From: Octopus sinensis
Taxonomy: Eukaryota
Assembly: GCF_006345805.1 (NCBI RefSeq)
Contig: NC_043003.1
Span: forward strand, 28,086,001-28,150,000
DNA: 64,000 bases
Direction: 5' to 3'
The notes below the pieces were generated by a model, which had not been told where the DNA came from, made no database searches, and saw nothing but the letters and a program-made list of their open reading frames with translations. The translations under genes were made by a program, and so were the position numbers. Numbering within the stretch: the first letter of the stretch is position 1; each line of letters starts with the position of its first letter. Shown piece after piece: positions 35,660 to 49,128 of this stretch.

Positions 35660-36551
35660 CATATATACAACGGGCTTCTTTCAGTTTCTGTCTACCAAAT
35701 CCACTCACAGGGCTTTGGTTGGCCCGAGGCTATAGCAGAAGACACTTGCCCAAGGTTCCATGCAGTGGGAATGAACCTGGAACCATGAGGTTCGTAAGCA
35801 AGCTACTTACCACACAGCCACTCCTGTGCCTGTGAATCCCTTTCATTCCTATTTTACTCTACTGAATTTCCATAGCTATTGGATGTTTGAATAAAATCCT
35901 ATTATATTTCTATAATTAAATATTATATTTAATTATATAAACAACAGGAAGATGAACTATATTTAATTGTATTTCTATAATTAAATATTATTAGGAAGTG
36001 TACAAAATCAATTTTTTTAAAAAACTTTTTGTCTAATGGCGAAGTGTAATCAATTTTATTGCACATAAATCTTATAAGGACCCCCAGGGGTCATACAAAC
36101 CCTGGTTGAGAACCATTGGTCTAAACTAGTGCTTCTCAATCATGGATCCTTTGATCCCTATTTTACACGTCTGGACACTTGTAGTCATGCAATGTTTTTT
36201 TTTTTAAAAAGTCCTAGTCTTTTACTTGTTTCAGTCATTTGACTGTGGCCAAGCTGGAGCAAATCGACTCCAGGACTTATTCTTTGTAAGCCTAGTACTT
36301 ATTCTATCGGTCTCTTTTGCTGAACTGCTAAGTTACAGGGACGTGAACACACCAATACCGGTTGTCAAGCAATGTTGTGGAGACAAACACAGACACACAA
36401 ACGTATACATACACACACACACACACATATACGACATGCTTCTTTCAGTTTCCGTCTACCAAACCCACTCACAAGGCATTGGTCGGCCTCAGTGGGATTG
36501 AACCCGGAACCATGTGGCTGGTAAGCAAGCTACTTACCACACAGCCACTCC
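35392..36551 (-). mobile_element. Two SINE family B copies (35392-35831, 36220-36551)
   Basis: Reverse-complement B sequence. Confidence 0.88.
35860..36220. mobile_element. hAT-like MITE fragments, head-to-tail
   Basis: Right end ggttgagaaccattg (to 36118), 8 bp gtctaaac, then left end tagtgcttctcaatc (from 36127); hAT-type CAGTGGTTCTCAACC termini. Another such terminus at 40803. Confidence 0.55.
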
Positions 36552-37309
36552 TATTATATTTTTATAATTAAATTTGATTAGATATTGTATAAAAAAACTT
36601 TTCAAATATCTTCTGTATTACAGAAGTGTAACCAATTTATTGTACGTAAATTTTATCAACAAAATCTTTTTTGAACCTCAAAACCTGCCAATCCAATGAA
36701 GCTGCATTTACATGGTCTTTTGACCTGATAGACATGGCAGCTAATATCTCCCTCGAGCCACACCTTAGCTTCTTAGAGTAAAAGCATTCACAATTAATAT
36801 ACTGTAATAGCTAAAGATGAGAGACGGGATGGTCGTAGCTGGGAGATTTTCAATCATTACACTAAGTCAAGATTAATTTGGGTCTAAACAAAAGCAACAA
36901 TAAAACCAGACCTGTATCTGTCTATCTAATTGACATCCACACGTGTCTTTATTTGTTTGACAGCCACAAACCCTGTATTTAAACAGCCCTAAGGAAAATA
37001 TTACCGTTGCGTGTGGTAGAGTATGTCTGTGTGATTTTATTGCGTATGGTGTTTATGTGTGTAACTGTGCATTCACTATATATGTGTGTGGGAGAGAGAG
37101 AAAAATGTATATGTTTATGCATATCTCTGTCTCATATATGTGTGTGAGAGAGAGAGAGATTGCATACATGTATCTAATTTTACTTTGTGTCTATCTATAT
37201 ATATATAGGTGTGTGTGGTTTTACTGAGTGTGTATATGGTTACAGTATTTTACTATGTATGTGCGTACAAATTAGATATTCATGCGCATACATACATGCT
37301 GTAAGCACA

Positions 37310-37745
37310 CACACATAGATAAACAGACAGATAGACAAATAAATAGATAGATAGACAGACAGACAGACAAACAGATAGACAGACAGACAAACTGATAGAT
37401 AGACAAATAGATAGATAGACAGGTAGACAAACAGATAGATAGATAGACAGGCAGACAAACAGATAGATAGATAGACAGGCAGACAAACAGATAGATAAAT
37501 AGACAGACAGACAAAAAGATAGACTGACAGATAGACAAACAAATTGATAGATAGACAGACAGACAAACAGATTGATAGATAGATAGACAGACAGACATAC
37601 AGATTGATTGATAGACAGACAGATAGATAGACAGACAAACAGATAGACATATAGATAAATAGACAGACAGACAAACAGATAAATAGATAGATAGATAGAC
37701 AGACAAACATAGATAGGTAGGTAGACAGATAGATAGATAGACTGA
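37310..37745 (+). repeat. Compound (GATA)/(GACA)/(AAAC) tetranucleotide array
   Basis: Read directly; source of the LSVYLSI ORFs. Confidence 0.95.
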
Positions 37746-38107
37746 TAAATTGATATAAACATGCTGTTTTTAGCTTTGTTAATATAATTTGAGATTCATT
37801 CCTAAAGTTAGTACAAAACACATTAAAAATCATTGCTTTTGTATAATTTTTTTTTATTTAAAAATCCTCCACATTCTTCCTCTTCTAAATATTTCATTTC
37901 CCATTAACCAAGATTATGTAGTTTTCTGTTGTTTGTTGTTATTATCATGATTATCATCATCATCATCATCATCATCATTGTCTTTGTAGTTATTGTCGTT
38001 GCGGTCATCATCATCATCATCATTATTATTATTATTATATTATTATTATTATTATTATTATTATTATCATCATTATTATTGTTATTATTATTATTATTAT
38101 TATTATT

Positions 38108-38505
38108 AAGGCGATAAGCTGGCAGAATTGTTAGCACGCTGGATGAAATGCTTAGTTCTGAGTTCAAATTCCGCCTAGTCGACTTTACCCTTTCATCCCT
38201 TCGGGGTCGATAAATTAAGTACCAGTTGAGTACTGGGGTTGATGTAATTGACTATCCCCATCTCCCAAATTTCAGGCGTTGCGCCTATAATAGAAAGGAT
38301 TATTATTATTAAGGTGGCGAGCTGGCAGTATCATTAGCTTTGTGGCATTTTGTCCGTCTTCGGGTTCTGAGTTCAAATTCCGCCGAAGTCAGCTTTGCCT
38401 TTCATCTTCTCGGGATCGATAAAGTAAGCGCCAGTTAAACACTGAGGTCATTGTAATCGACTGTCCCCCTCCCATCAAAATTTTAGGCCTTGTGCCTGTA
38501 CTAGA

Positions 38506-38536
<31 letters not shown>

Positions 38537-40040
38537 TTAAATGTATAGATTGTGATATCGGAAAGTGGAGGCATTTATTATTAATTTCCAGTCAATTTTC
38601 CCTTGACTCGTCATTTAGGGAATGAAAAGATGATTTTTAGGTTAGATTTGATGAGGACGTTGTAATTACAGCAGTGGTGGTAGTGGTGGTGGGGTAGAAT
38701 TTAATTACGAGGTGGTGGTGATATTGGGGAGGGGGAGATTCTGTGGTTATGGTTGCAACAGCATTGATCACATTTGCAAGCATAGCTGTGTGGTTTGAGA
38801 AGTTCGCTTCACAACTACACACGGTTGCATAGTTCGAACCCAGCGCACAGACTCGGCACCTGGAGGCAAGTATATTGTATTATAGCCATGAGTTAACCAA
38901 TAACCTGTGATTTAGATTTGGTTGATGGGAACTATGAGGTGAAATGAAGGACCATTTGTACGTTTGAAAGTAAATCTCGTCTGTCAAAACACAAACTGCT
39001 ATCGCCACCGCCGCCACCACCACCACCACCACCACCATGACCATCTGATCTTTTAGAGAATTTTGGTTGATGTTTTTAGTTGGTGGAGCAATCATACCAT
39101 TGCATACATTTTTATTTTGCTTTCTACTTTTGAAGCATGTTGGCTGCGTTGTTGAAATACCCGTTTGGGAGTTAGTATGTGAAAGAAAAACAACAAAAAA
39201 AAGTGGAGATGCATGGCTTAGTGGTTTGGGTGTTGGACCCATGATCGTGAGATTGTGGTTTCGGTTCCTGGACCCGGCGATGCGCTGTGTTCTTGAGCAA
39301 AACATTTCATTTCATGTTACTACAGTCCACTCAGTTGTAAATAGGAGTAATCTTGCGATGGACTGGCGTCCCATCCAGGGAGGAACATATACACCAGAGA
39401 AACTGGGAAACCAACCCTGTACTCCTTACACTCCTGTGTAAAAGAAAAGTCATGTTATTTTTTGCAGTATAAAAGGCAGCGAACTAGCAGAATCATTAGC
39501 ACACCATACAAAATTCTTAGCGGCATCTCGTCCGTTTTTACGTTTTGAGTTCAACGCCGAGGTTGACTTTGCTTTTTGGCGTACCAGTTGCGCAACTGGG
39601 GTCAATGTAATCGACTTACCCCTTATCCCCCGCATATGGCTTTGTGCCTATAATAGAAGGGATTATTATTATTATTAAGGCGGTGAGCTGGCAGAATCGT
39701 TGGCACGCTGGACGAATTGCTTAGCGGCATTTCGTCCGTCGATACGTTCTGAGTTCAAATTCCGCCGAGATCGAAGTTACTTTTCATCCTTTTGGAGTCG
39801 ATAAATTAAGTACCAGTCAAGTACTGGGGTCGATGTGATCGACATACCTCCTCCCCACAAATTTAAGACCTTGTGCCTATTGTAGAAAGATTATTATTAT
39901 TATTAGAATCGTTAGCACGCCAGTCAAAATACTTAGCGGTATTTCGTCCGTTTTTACGTTCTGCGTTCAAATGAATACCAGTTGAGTACTGAGAGCAATA
40001 TAATCGACTATTCGCCTCCCCCAATATTTCAGGCCTTCTG
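38108..40040 (+). mobile_element. Second array of same-strand SINE family A copies (about 5) plus a family E SINE at 39206-39420
   Basis: A copies at about 38108-38310, 38312-38510, 39470-39665, 39678-39900 and 39900-40040, each followed by (ATT)n or a truncated tail. Confidence 0.85.
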
Positions 40041-40909
40041 CTTGAAATATTGTGGGAGGATCGTTGTGCTATGGCCTTTTGCCATTAACGACTATGGATA
40101 AAGGTTCTATTTGTCTACACCATTGAAACAGCATTGTCTGTGGTTGAACTCCCCTTTGCGCAAATGGTAGTCCCTGCCACACAAACCGCATTTGTGAGCT
40201 GTCTCGGTGCAGTTTGAGTTGCAGTGTTCCCTTTTTTTTTTATCTCACCATTTTATAGGGCGTTCGATGGGGTCCAAAGTTGTGCTGTATGGTATGAAAG
40301 ACGGGTTGTTGTCCATGCAGCGTGTCCCTCCCTCTACGTCACTGATGAATCCAAACAGATAGCACGACCGTTACAATTTGACACTAACCAGTCTCATTGC
40401 AGGAGTTACCAGATCGAGGTTGTTGCCAGTTTCGAACTGCCTCGGGAGCTCCGACTCCAGGTTTTACCTCAGGGTTTATTCCCGGAGCCTTTTTACTAAG
40501 GCTGGGTATAGCATCAAAGCAGTGAAGGTTTGGAATTAGGGCTTCCCCTAGTTAGCATCCGAGGGCAACCCACTGAGAAGAAGGGAAATTCTAATTCGCT
40601 GAAGCAGAGTTTCGACAGCCGAATGCCTTACCCGCTGCCAACACTCGTCTATTTCCAAGCAAAGTAATATTTCCCTATTGCAAGGTATATTTTCTTGAGA
40701 GTTTACTTTTCATCTTTCCGGGGTCGATAACATAAGTACCTGTCATGTATTGAAATAGATACTGATATTTCCTAGTTTTTTTTTCTCTCTCCTATATTAG
40801 AACAGTGATTCTCAACATTGTTCGTTTCAGGCCCACCTCGATTTCCACTCCTACTCCAAAAATTTGCGTTCCACCATTTACGAACAAAGTATACATGCAC
40901 ACACACACA

Positions 40910-41105
40910 CACATACATACATACATACATACATACATACATACATACATACATACATACATACATACATACATACATACATACATACATACATACATAC
41001 ATACATACATACATACATACATACATACATACATACATGCACGCATGCATACGTACGTACGTACATACATACGTTCGTACATACATACATACATACATAC
41101 ATACA
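40910..41105 (+). repeat. (ACAT)n microsatellite
   Basis: Read directly. Confidence 0.97.
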
Positions 41106-41489
41106 TAAAGAACAGGTGAAGATTAGTAACAGAAAAGACATTCGACCATAGAAAATCTGCTTCAACACAAAAATCCTCTGACCCATGCAGCATGCAAAAG
41201 TGGACGTTAAACGATGATGATGGTTACGATTTAACTTCCATCAAATATTACTAATATACTTCTTAGAAAATGAAATGCTACTTCATGCCTTTTTTATTTA
41301 TCGTTTATTCAGAGGAGAAAAATAGTGTTTCTGACCCTTTTGAATATCCCTATTAGGAGGAAGTAATCCTCAGGCCGAAGATATAGCCTTAATGTTTGGA
41401 ACGTTAGGTACCGCTATAGTCACCCAATGGGCAAACAGTGAGGTGTTAAACTGAGTGACAGCTAACGTCTGTCACATGAGTGAGCTATT

Positions 41490-42045
41490 TTGTATTATGA
41501 TGTTAGACAAACGTGAAAAAACATCATTACATAAAAATTGAAAAATCGGTAGTGAGGCTGTGACTGAGTTTTGAACCATCGACCCAGGTTCCCCAGATCA
41601 AGACCTCGACCTGATATACTGTTATAAAAGGTAAGGCCACCTATGAAAAATTATGTCATAAAAATATGGCATCGTTGACGTGAATATGGTTCGGTCAATC
41701 AAATTGGTTGATGTTTATCCAAGCGAAGCAAAATCTTCCCGCCAAATATTATGGTCGAGCCTTGATGTTTGTCACTTGAGTAAGCTATTATGGTGTTAGG
41801 TTGATGACAGACGTGAAAAATTTCCAGTAAGTTAGAATTACATAAAAATTGAAAAATCTGTAGTGAGACTTTTGAGTTTTGAGCATTCACACTTAGGTTC
41901 CTCAGATCAAAGCCATCGATGAAAAATTGTGCCGTCATAAAAAACTAAAAAGCATTATCGTGTACGCGAATATGACTCAGCCAATCAAATCGGTTGGTGT
42001 TTAATCAAGCGAACAGATGTCTTCCCGCCAAATAGTATGGTCGAA
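41490..42045 (+). repeat. Diverged tandem duplication, about 270-290 bp units
   Basis: ttacataaaaattgaaaaatc.gtagtgag, caatcaaat.ggtt and tcttcccgccaaata.tatggtcga occur twice in the same order. Confidence 0.8.
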
Positions 42046-43203
42046 CATTCTAGAAAAACTCTGTTGGGTTATATAACGCTGGCAAATTAACTCCTGGCAG
42101 CGCCATCTAGAAATATAAATGAAGCGATGTCGCTCTGCTCCGTTTGATGGTCTCTCATCCTCTTCTACGTTTTCTTACTGAACATCGTCCGTGGCCATTC
42201 AGAACTCTGTCGTTCAGTTTTATGATAAGGTGTTCTCACCTTATCTCTACTTATTGTCTTTAATAACAATGAATAATGTTCATATAAACAGCTAAAATAT
42301 TTTAACAATGAAGATTTGTTAACTGTCATATTCATTATCTCTTGTGTGATGTATTCAAATAATTGTTAAACATTCATAAATGCGAATGTTCCTGGTAATA
42401 AAAGTGATGCAAACTTATATAAATATTAGTTTGTGTCGTCATTCTCGTCTTCACATGCAGCTTACCTAATACTGTGTGCTACCAATTACGTGTTAACGAT
42501 CAAAATCCACTAAAAATCCACTACACCAAAGTATGTTTTGAATGTTTATTGATCAATACTATATTTTCGGCAATTGAATGTTTCCGTATTCAGCTTCAAT
42601 AGTAATTGGTAATTCAAACACTGTTATTTTGGATGGTTCACGTAATCTGTCGTCTGCTGAAAGCCATAATCAGTTTGTCGTCTGGCTAAAGCAATAAACA
42701 GTTTGAAAAAGAAAAAGGAAGACATTACGTAGATATTTAAATGTTGATTGATAACATATGTCTAAAATTCTTCGATGATTTATTGGTTTTCAGCGTCCTT
42801 TGTACTATTAACGTCATATATCTTGCTGCATTTTAGTAAAATCAATCATTACAATTCGATTTCCGTTCAGAATGTGGTTGCCATATTTGCTGTTGTCGTT
42901 TAGCTTCGTGTCAACACTGATCGAACAGGCTTATGATCAAGGCCATTCCAGTTGTGACCGTCCTGTCTTTTTAGTTGATTATAGAACAGCATTATTCAAT
43001 AGTCTTTCTTGTTTTAAGGTTGTAGGATGTGATTTGAGATTAATGTGGCTGGTGTTTTTATTCTCACTTTCACTGACTATAGATAAGGACCCACTCGATT
43101 GTCCTTTGTTATATCCTGAGAGACACAATGTAAAGGGGCTTTGGAAACTTATGCAGGATAAAGGTCACTGAGTTTATATATTTGTACTTATGTGTATGTG
43201 TTA

Positions 43204-43278
<75 letters not shown>

Positions 43279-44150
43279 CAACATAATCAACTTACTGTGA
43301 ATAAAACCTAGGGTGCAGTGTGTTCTGTTAATTAATACATTTTAAAAAGTATAGCAAATGCACAAACGAAAAACACACACAGGATGGCAAGTTAAAAAAC
43401 ATAGTAAATGCACCGACGAATGGAAAACAGACGCAGAAGGTCCCCAACTGGTCAGTTACCGGTCAGAGATTCAAACATAATTTCGTGCCTTTAACGATAA
43501 TATTAATTCCCTTCTGGTGGCGTCGACAAGAGCTGCCGGGAGAATGAGACCGAGAACAAACAAACACAATATGGATAACAAGCTGTACAGAAGTGGATGT
43601 ACGAAAATGAATAAAGGTAATTCAAGATGAGACCGTAAGTGGACGGATGAAGGATAAAAGCGTAATAAATAAACAAACAGAATGTAGTCTCAAGGCTAGA
43701 TGAAGACGAATTATGGGTAACGCTAAGAGGGAAACCTTAAAGGATTGGAAACAGAAGAGTAACAAACAGCGAAGACAGAAAAAATGTCAAACAGACAGAT
43801 CGGTTCCTCTCCAATGTTTCGTAAATTCTTACATATATCTCCTTCTGTATATATATATATATACTACTACTAAACAAACATGATTTTTATTGAACTGCTA
43901 ATACTTTTTGTTGAATACTTTCTTGTAAACTGTTTTTAACATTTTCTTATTATCAAAGAATGTATATATGTATTTTAATACTTTCGTGACAACCAAAAGT
44001 TTTACATTTTACTTTTGAAATCTTTTTCTAAAAATGTGAAACCGGTCAAGTGAATAAAATCTTTAAAATTGCATTTTCAAACCTTCTTTCATGTATATTT
44101 CCACTCGTGCGGTATCTTAAACTTTAATTTGTTATATATATATATATATA

Positions 44151-44278
44151 TAGGGTGTCCCCAAAAAATGGATACACACCTTAAATAATTGTAAATTTGT
44201 TATTCTTTGTAAGCCTAGTACTTATTCTATCGTTCTGTTTTGCCGAACCACTATGTGTATACATTTTTTTGGGACACC

Positions 44279-44281
<3 letters not shown>
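44151..44281. mobile_element. Tc1/mariner-type MITE with about 28 bp TIRs, containing a SINE B fragment
   Basis: agggtgtccccaaaaaatggatacaca and tgtgtatacatttttttgggacaccctg inside (TA)n. Confidence 0.85.
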
Positions 44282-44316
<35 letters not shown>

Positions 44317-44618
44317 GCGCATGGCTTATTGGTTACAGCGTCGTGTTCACAATTATGAGGTAATGAGTCCGATTCCCAGAACTGGCTGTGTGTTGTGTTC
44401 TTGAGCAAGGCACTTCATTTCACGTTGTACTCAGCTGTAGAAATGAGCTGCAACGTCACTGGTGCCAAGCTATATCGGTCTTTGCTTTTCTCTTGGATGA
44501 CATCAGTGGCGTGGAGAGGGGAGGCTGGTATGCATGGGCAACTGCTGGTCTTCCATAAACAACCTTGCCCAGACTTGTGCCTCGGAGGGGAACTCTCTAG
44601 GTGCTATCCCATTGTCAT
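44317..44618 (+). mobile_element. SINE family D
   Basis: gcgcatggcttattggtta..ctctaggtgctatcccattgtcattca. Confidence 0.88.
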
Positions 44619-44647
44619 TCACACACACACACACACTCACACACACA

Positions 44648-44696
<49 letters not shown>

Positions 44697-45017
44697 AACG
44701 AGTTGATCGTTTGTGCAACCATTGTAACCAAGATGTTCTAGTGAACTCATGAGCTGGTTTTCTTTATTTCCATTAATTTGTGAATGCAAAATTGTATTGT
44801 ATAAGGCGGAGAATACAGACTAATGCAAACATGTGAGCATAATTTCTTCCACAATGAAATAAATACTACATGAGAATGCTGGGAGTCTATTGTAACCCTA
44901 AGGATGCCACATGGTTAGATAAATGTATATATACTCACCTCTTATACCCTCCTGACTTTTATGGTTTATATATACACATGTATGTGTGTATATATGTGAG
45001 TATGTATACATACATAC

Positions 45018-45058
<41 letters not shown>

Positions 45059-45237
45059 TTTACCTACTTATCTACCTTCATACATACATAGATACATGCA
45101 TACACTCACAAGGCCTTGTGAGTGTATGCTTGTGTGTGTGTGCATTGTCTTCAAATGCAATGGCCAAAGATTAACATCACGCTTGAAACTCAGAGTACTA
45201 AGGAGTTTGAATCAAATTGTTTTGATCCATGTATATA

Positions 45238-45733
45238 CAGGGTGGATGCAAGCCAATTTTATTGATATCAATGTGTTCGTATTGAATTAGCATTTGTCAA
45301 AACCAAGTGTGGGAAGCATCCATCATGTGGTGTCCGTTTTCATTGATGCATTTCTGAAAGCTTGTGTGACACTTTCTACATTTTCCGGGGTCCGTACCGT
45401 TCGTGGCGGCCCCACCGGTTTCCTATTCATTAGTGTATCTCGTATACGAAGTGCATTCACCCAACGTAAGATTGTGTTATGGTCTGATTTCGGTGAATGT
45501 TGAAGTTGCGTTGAAACTGACGCTGAACTGCTGACAGACTCGTCATACTTCACGTAACTGTCGTAGGCAAACACGCGATGGTCTATCGTCCACAGCACCA
45601 TAGCTTTACTTGAACAGAAAGAAAAAAATTCTAAGACACCACGGACCGAATGGTACCTGTCGGACATATGTTCCCACCTCCGGGGCTGAGCAATGGCCAT
45701 TGCAAAAACGTCTGTCCTTTTTGCCCCACCCTA
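45238..45733 (-). mobile_element. Tc1/mariner-superfamily fragment with N-terminal HTH remnant
   Basis: MVLWTIDHRVFAYDSYVKYDESVS..NTILRWVNALRIRDTLMNRKPVGPPRTVRTPENVESV; ends cagggtgg / ccacccta flanked by TA. Confidence 0.7.
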
Positions 45734-46499
45734 TATATATATAAGAATACAAGTACAGTTTTAAAATTCACAACAGCTGTTTCAGCAGCATTTTTTTTTT
45801 TTTTTGATGACTACTTCGATTACTACCATTACATCATAAAAAAGACCCGCTCTAGTCAGGTCATTGTAAACATAGGTAGGAGAAGAAAATTCAAAACGAC
45901 TCGCTTTGCCAAGCATTATCAAAGTGAGTGAGTGCATTTGAAGAACCGTTGAAATTAAAATGGCTCTCAGCAATACGTTTAGGGCGGAGCTCAGAGACAA
46001 TAAGAATTTCAGAGATTGCTAATATAGTTATGTATATAGTCAATGAGGACTAGAGAGGTAATAAAAGATGAGAAGACAGAGAAAGAAGCGGGATTATAGG
46101 AAGAGGGAGGAATTGTCCTTGCAAACTCAGCAAAGATAACCCTAAGTTCAGCCTGGCGTCAGAAGCCCTGCGATAATTCAAGTGCTTACCATAATTAAGC
46201 AGCCTTTTGCCCGTTTTTACATCCTGTGGTCAGGTTCCGCTGAGGTCGACTTTGCCTTTTATCTTTTCGGGGTCGATAAAATAAATACCAATTGAGCATT
46301 GGGTGGGGGTCTATGTAATTGACTTATCCTTTGCCGCACAATTGCTGGCCTGGAACCAAAATTTAAAACCATAATTAATTAATGCGTACCTTATCAAACA
46401 CATCAATATACACTCATGCAAGTTTAAACAATGTGTTATCTTATACGCTCTCACACACCACACACAAATATATACTACCAAAAGCCCCCCCCCCCCCAC

Positions 46500-46574
<75 letters not shown>

Positions 46575-47236
46575 ATAATACTAAACATTCTTTAATTTTG
46601 TATATATAATTTATATAATTACTTATGGATTCTAATTTATATATATTATATATACACGCACATACACACACATGCTTGTATATATATATATGCCTTTGTA
46701 TACACATAGACAACGATACTTACATATAGACACATACATATATATACGCAGACACACACACTTATGCACATATACAGATGCATACATATATATACAAGCA
46801 TACATACACATGCATATAAATATGTTTATAAGCTCATATATATACATACATGCACACACGTAGATAAACAATTATGTGCATAAAAACTACCGCGCTTATA
46901 TAAAGAGTTACTATTTATAATACGTCCGCGAATCTACTTAAATATAAATATAATATAAATAGTAACTATATGTAAGTGCAGTAGTTTTTATGTAAACGTT
47001 GTTTATCTACGTTGTGTGTGTATGTATTTGTATATACATCCAAACAAAGACATATTGTTTGTTTGTTTGTGTGTGTGTGTGTGTGGTGTGTGTGTGTATA
47101 CATGCAAATAAAGACATTATTTCTGTGTTTGTGTGTGTGAGTGTGTATACTTACATAGAAATACTGTCTTTGGATATACAGGTTTTTGTTGTGTATGTGT
47201 ATAAATGAGGTTATTAGTTTGTATATGTGTATGTGC

Positions 47237-47269
<33 letters not shown>

Positions 47270-47399
47270 TGTATGTATGTATGTATGTATGTGTGTGTGT
47301 GTTGTGTGTGTGAGTGTATGTATTTATGTATGTATGTATGTATGTATGTATGTATGTATATGTTGCATATGTGTCTGCGTACGTGTGGTGTTTGGTGTG

Positions 47400-47430
<31 letters not shown>

Positions 47431-47609
47431 GATAATATATATATATATATAAACACACTTACATACGCACACGCACACACAGGTGGCTTAAAATACATTT
47501 TTGTTTGTTATCTCCCTTGCATTGGCCTTCGGCTTTTGCAAGAATTTACGTTCATTATAGATTAATTAATTCTTTAATTATTCCGTAGTGTTCATGCTCA
47601 TCCACATAC

Positions 47610-47792
47610 ATGCATGCATACATACATACCTACATACCTACCTACATACATACATGCATATATACATACACACATACCTACCTACCTACCTACCTACCTA
47701 CCTACCTACCTACTACCTACCTACATACCTACCATACATACCTACCTACCTAACTAACTAATTAATTAATTAACTACCTACCTACCTATTTA

Positions 47793-47852
<60 letters not shown>

Positions 47853-47913
47853 GTCTGTCTGTCTGCCTATCTGTCTGTCTGTCTGTCTGTCCGTCCGTCC
47901 GTCTGTCTGTTTG

Positions 47914-47993
<80 letters not shown>

Positions 47994-48000
47994 GCTAGCT
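47610..48000 (+). repeat. Compound (CCTA)/(TCTA)/(TCTG) array
   Basis: Read directly. Confidence 0.95.
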
Positions 48001-48009
48001 AGCTATAGC

Positions 48010-48590
48010 ATGCGTTTGGTTGATGTTTGAGCATATGCATATTATAATTTATGGGGTTTTTCAGATTTCGAACGGAAAATTAGTCCATGAATTTGAATGT
48101 TCAATTAAATATTTGTAAGTTTATAAACATGTATTTTTGTAAATCGTGTGATATCAAGAATGCGTTATGTAAATGTTATACATGTCTGTGTAGTTAGGGA
48201 TTTCAGCTTGAGTTTCTGGGGGCACAATATTTGTAATTCATATTGTGCAAGAAACCGATATCCCAAAAATTACCAAGGGCACATAGTTGGCACGGTAGGT
48301 GAGGCGTCATGCTAGATATTTCGAAGTTTAAAATGTTTCTTGCGCTTGCACGGTGATAAAATTTCTTCCCTAATATTCAAAATATTCATTTATGCTATTA
48401 TGGTATTTAGTTTCCCTACGAGACAGAGGTCACATTTGCTGCCCCGTCCCTTCCATTTGTTGGCCTGAGCGATGATGCTCCAATTTATATGGGAGTTGTC
48501 ATCCACGTATTCTCTCTTTAAGGTTCCATATCATATTGGATAAAGATGTTGCGTATCTTCGGTTCTTGTCTCTAAAAGAAACCGGGTACT
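48010..48590 (-). mobile_element. Second Penelope-like (Naiad-type) relic, GIY-YIG C-terminus and 3' region
   Basis: DKNRRYATSLSNMIWNLKE..INWSIIAQANKWKGRGSKCDLCLVGKLNTI..LNIREEILSPCKRKKHFKLRNI*, collinear with 6120-6390. Confidence 0.75.
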
Positions 48591-49128
48591 TTACTACAGA
48601 TAAATTAAATATCATTACATTGAACAGTAAGGAAGAAACTTTCTTCCCTTGCATGCCCGTTTTATTTATTTATTGGAAATCAATTTTAACAAGGCGGCAC
48701 CAGCTATGAAACAGGTTTCAAGCAACCGCTTCGTATGTTGGGAGTAAAAGCAGAGAAGGATCATCGAATGAGAAATTGCTCTAAGACTAATAAAACAATC
48801 AATGCAATATATGAAAGAATTAAAATCATTGTATTTTTACCTGGGAAAATTATAATAAAAAAGGCAGAAGAGAATTCCGTAAGGGAAAAGACTACTAGAA
48901 TTAAAACATTTCTTACAGGAGAAGAGAAACACAAGAACAGTGAAAGGATGGGAATTATCAGAAAGATAAGTCACTTGGTTAGTTAACATTAATAGGAGGT
49001 ACAAATTCTAATTCCGCTTTCTATGATTCGGTGGCTGTGTGTTTAAGAAGTTTGCTCTTCAACTACATAGTTCCGGCTTAAGTCCCAATGCACGGAACAT
49101 ATATATGAATACTCACACACACACATAC

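Noticed and set aside
40100-40500. Minus-strand HKCGLCGRDYHLRK as a gag-like zinc knuckle
   Set aside because: The final Cys is missing and surrounding frames are broken; it may be a LINE ORF1 relic but support is too weak to annotate.
45870-45931. RRRKFKTTRF resembling the ArgRS KKFKTRSG loop or a GIY-YIG motif
   Set aside because: Short match, downstream of the RARS1 stop, and no flanking homology.
48690-48740. Hammerhead-like string catacga-agcggttgctt-gaaacctgtt on the - strand near the second Penelope relic
   Set aside because: Two core mismatches and no stem I pairing.
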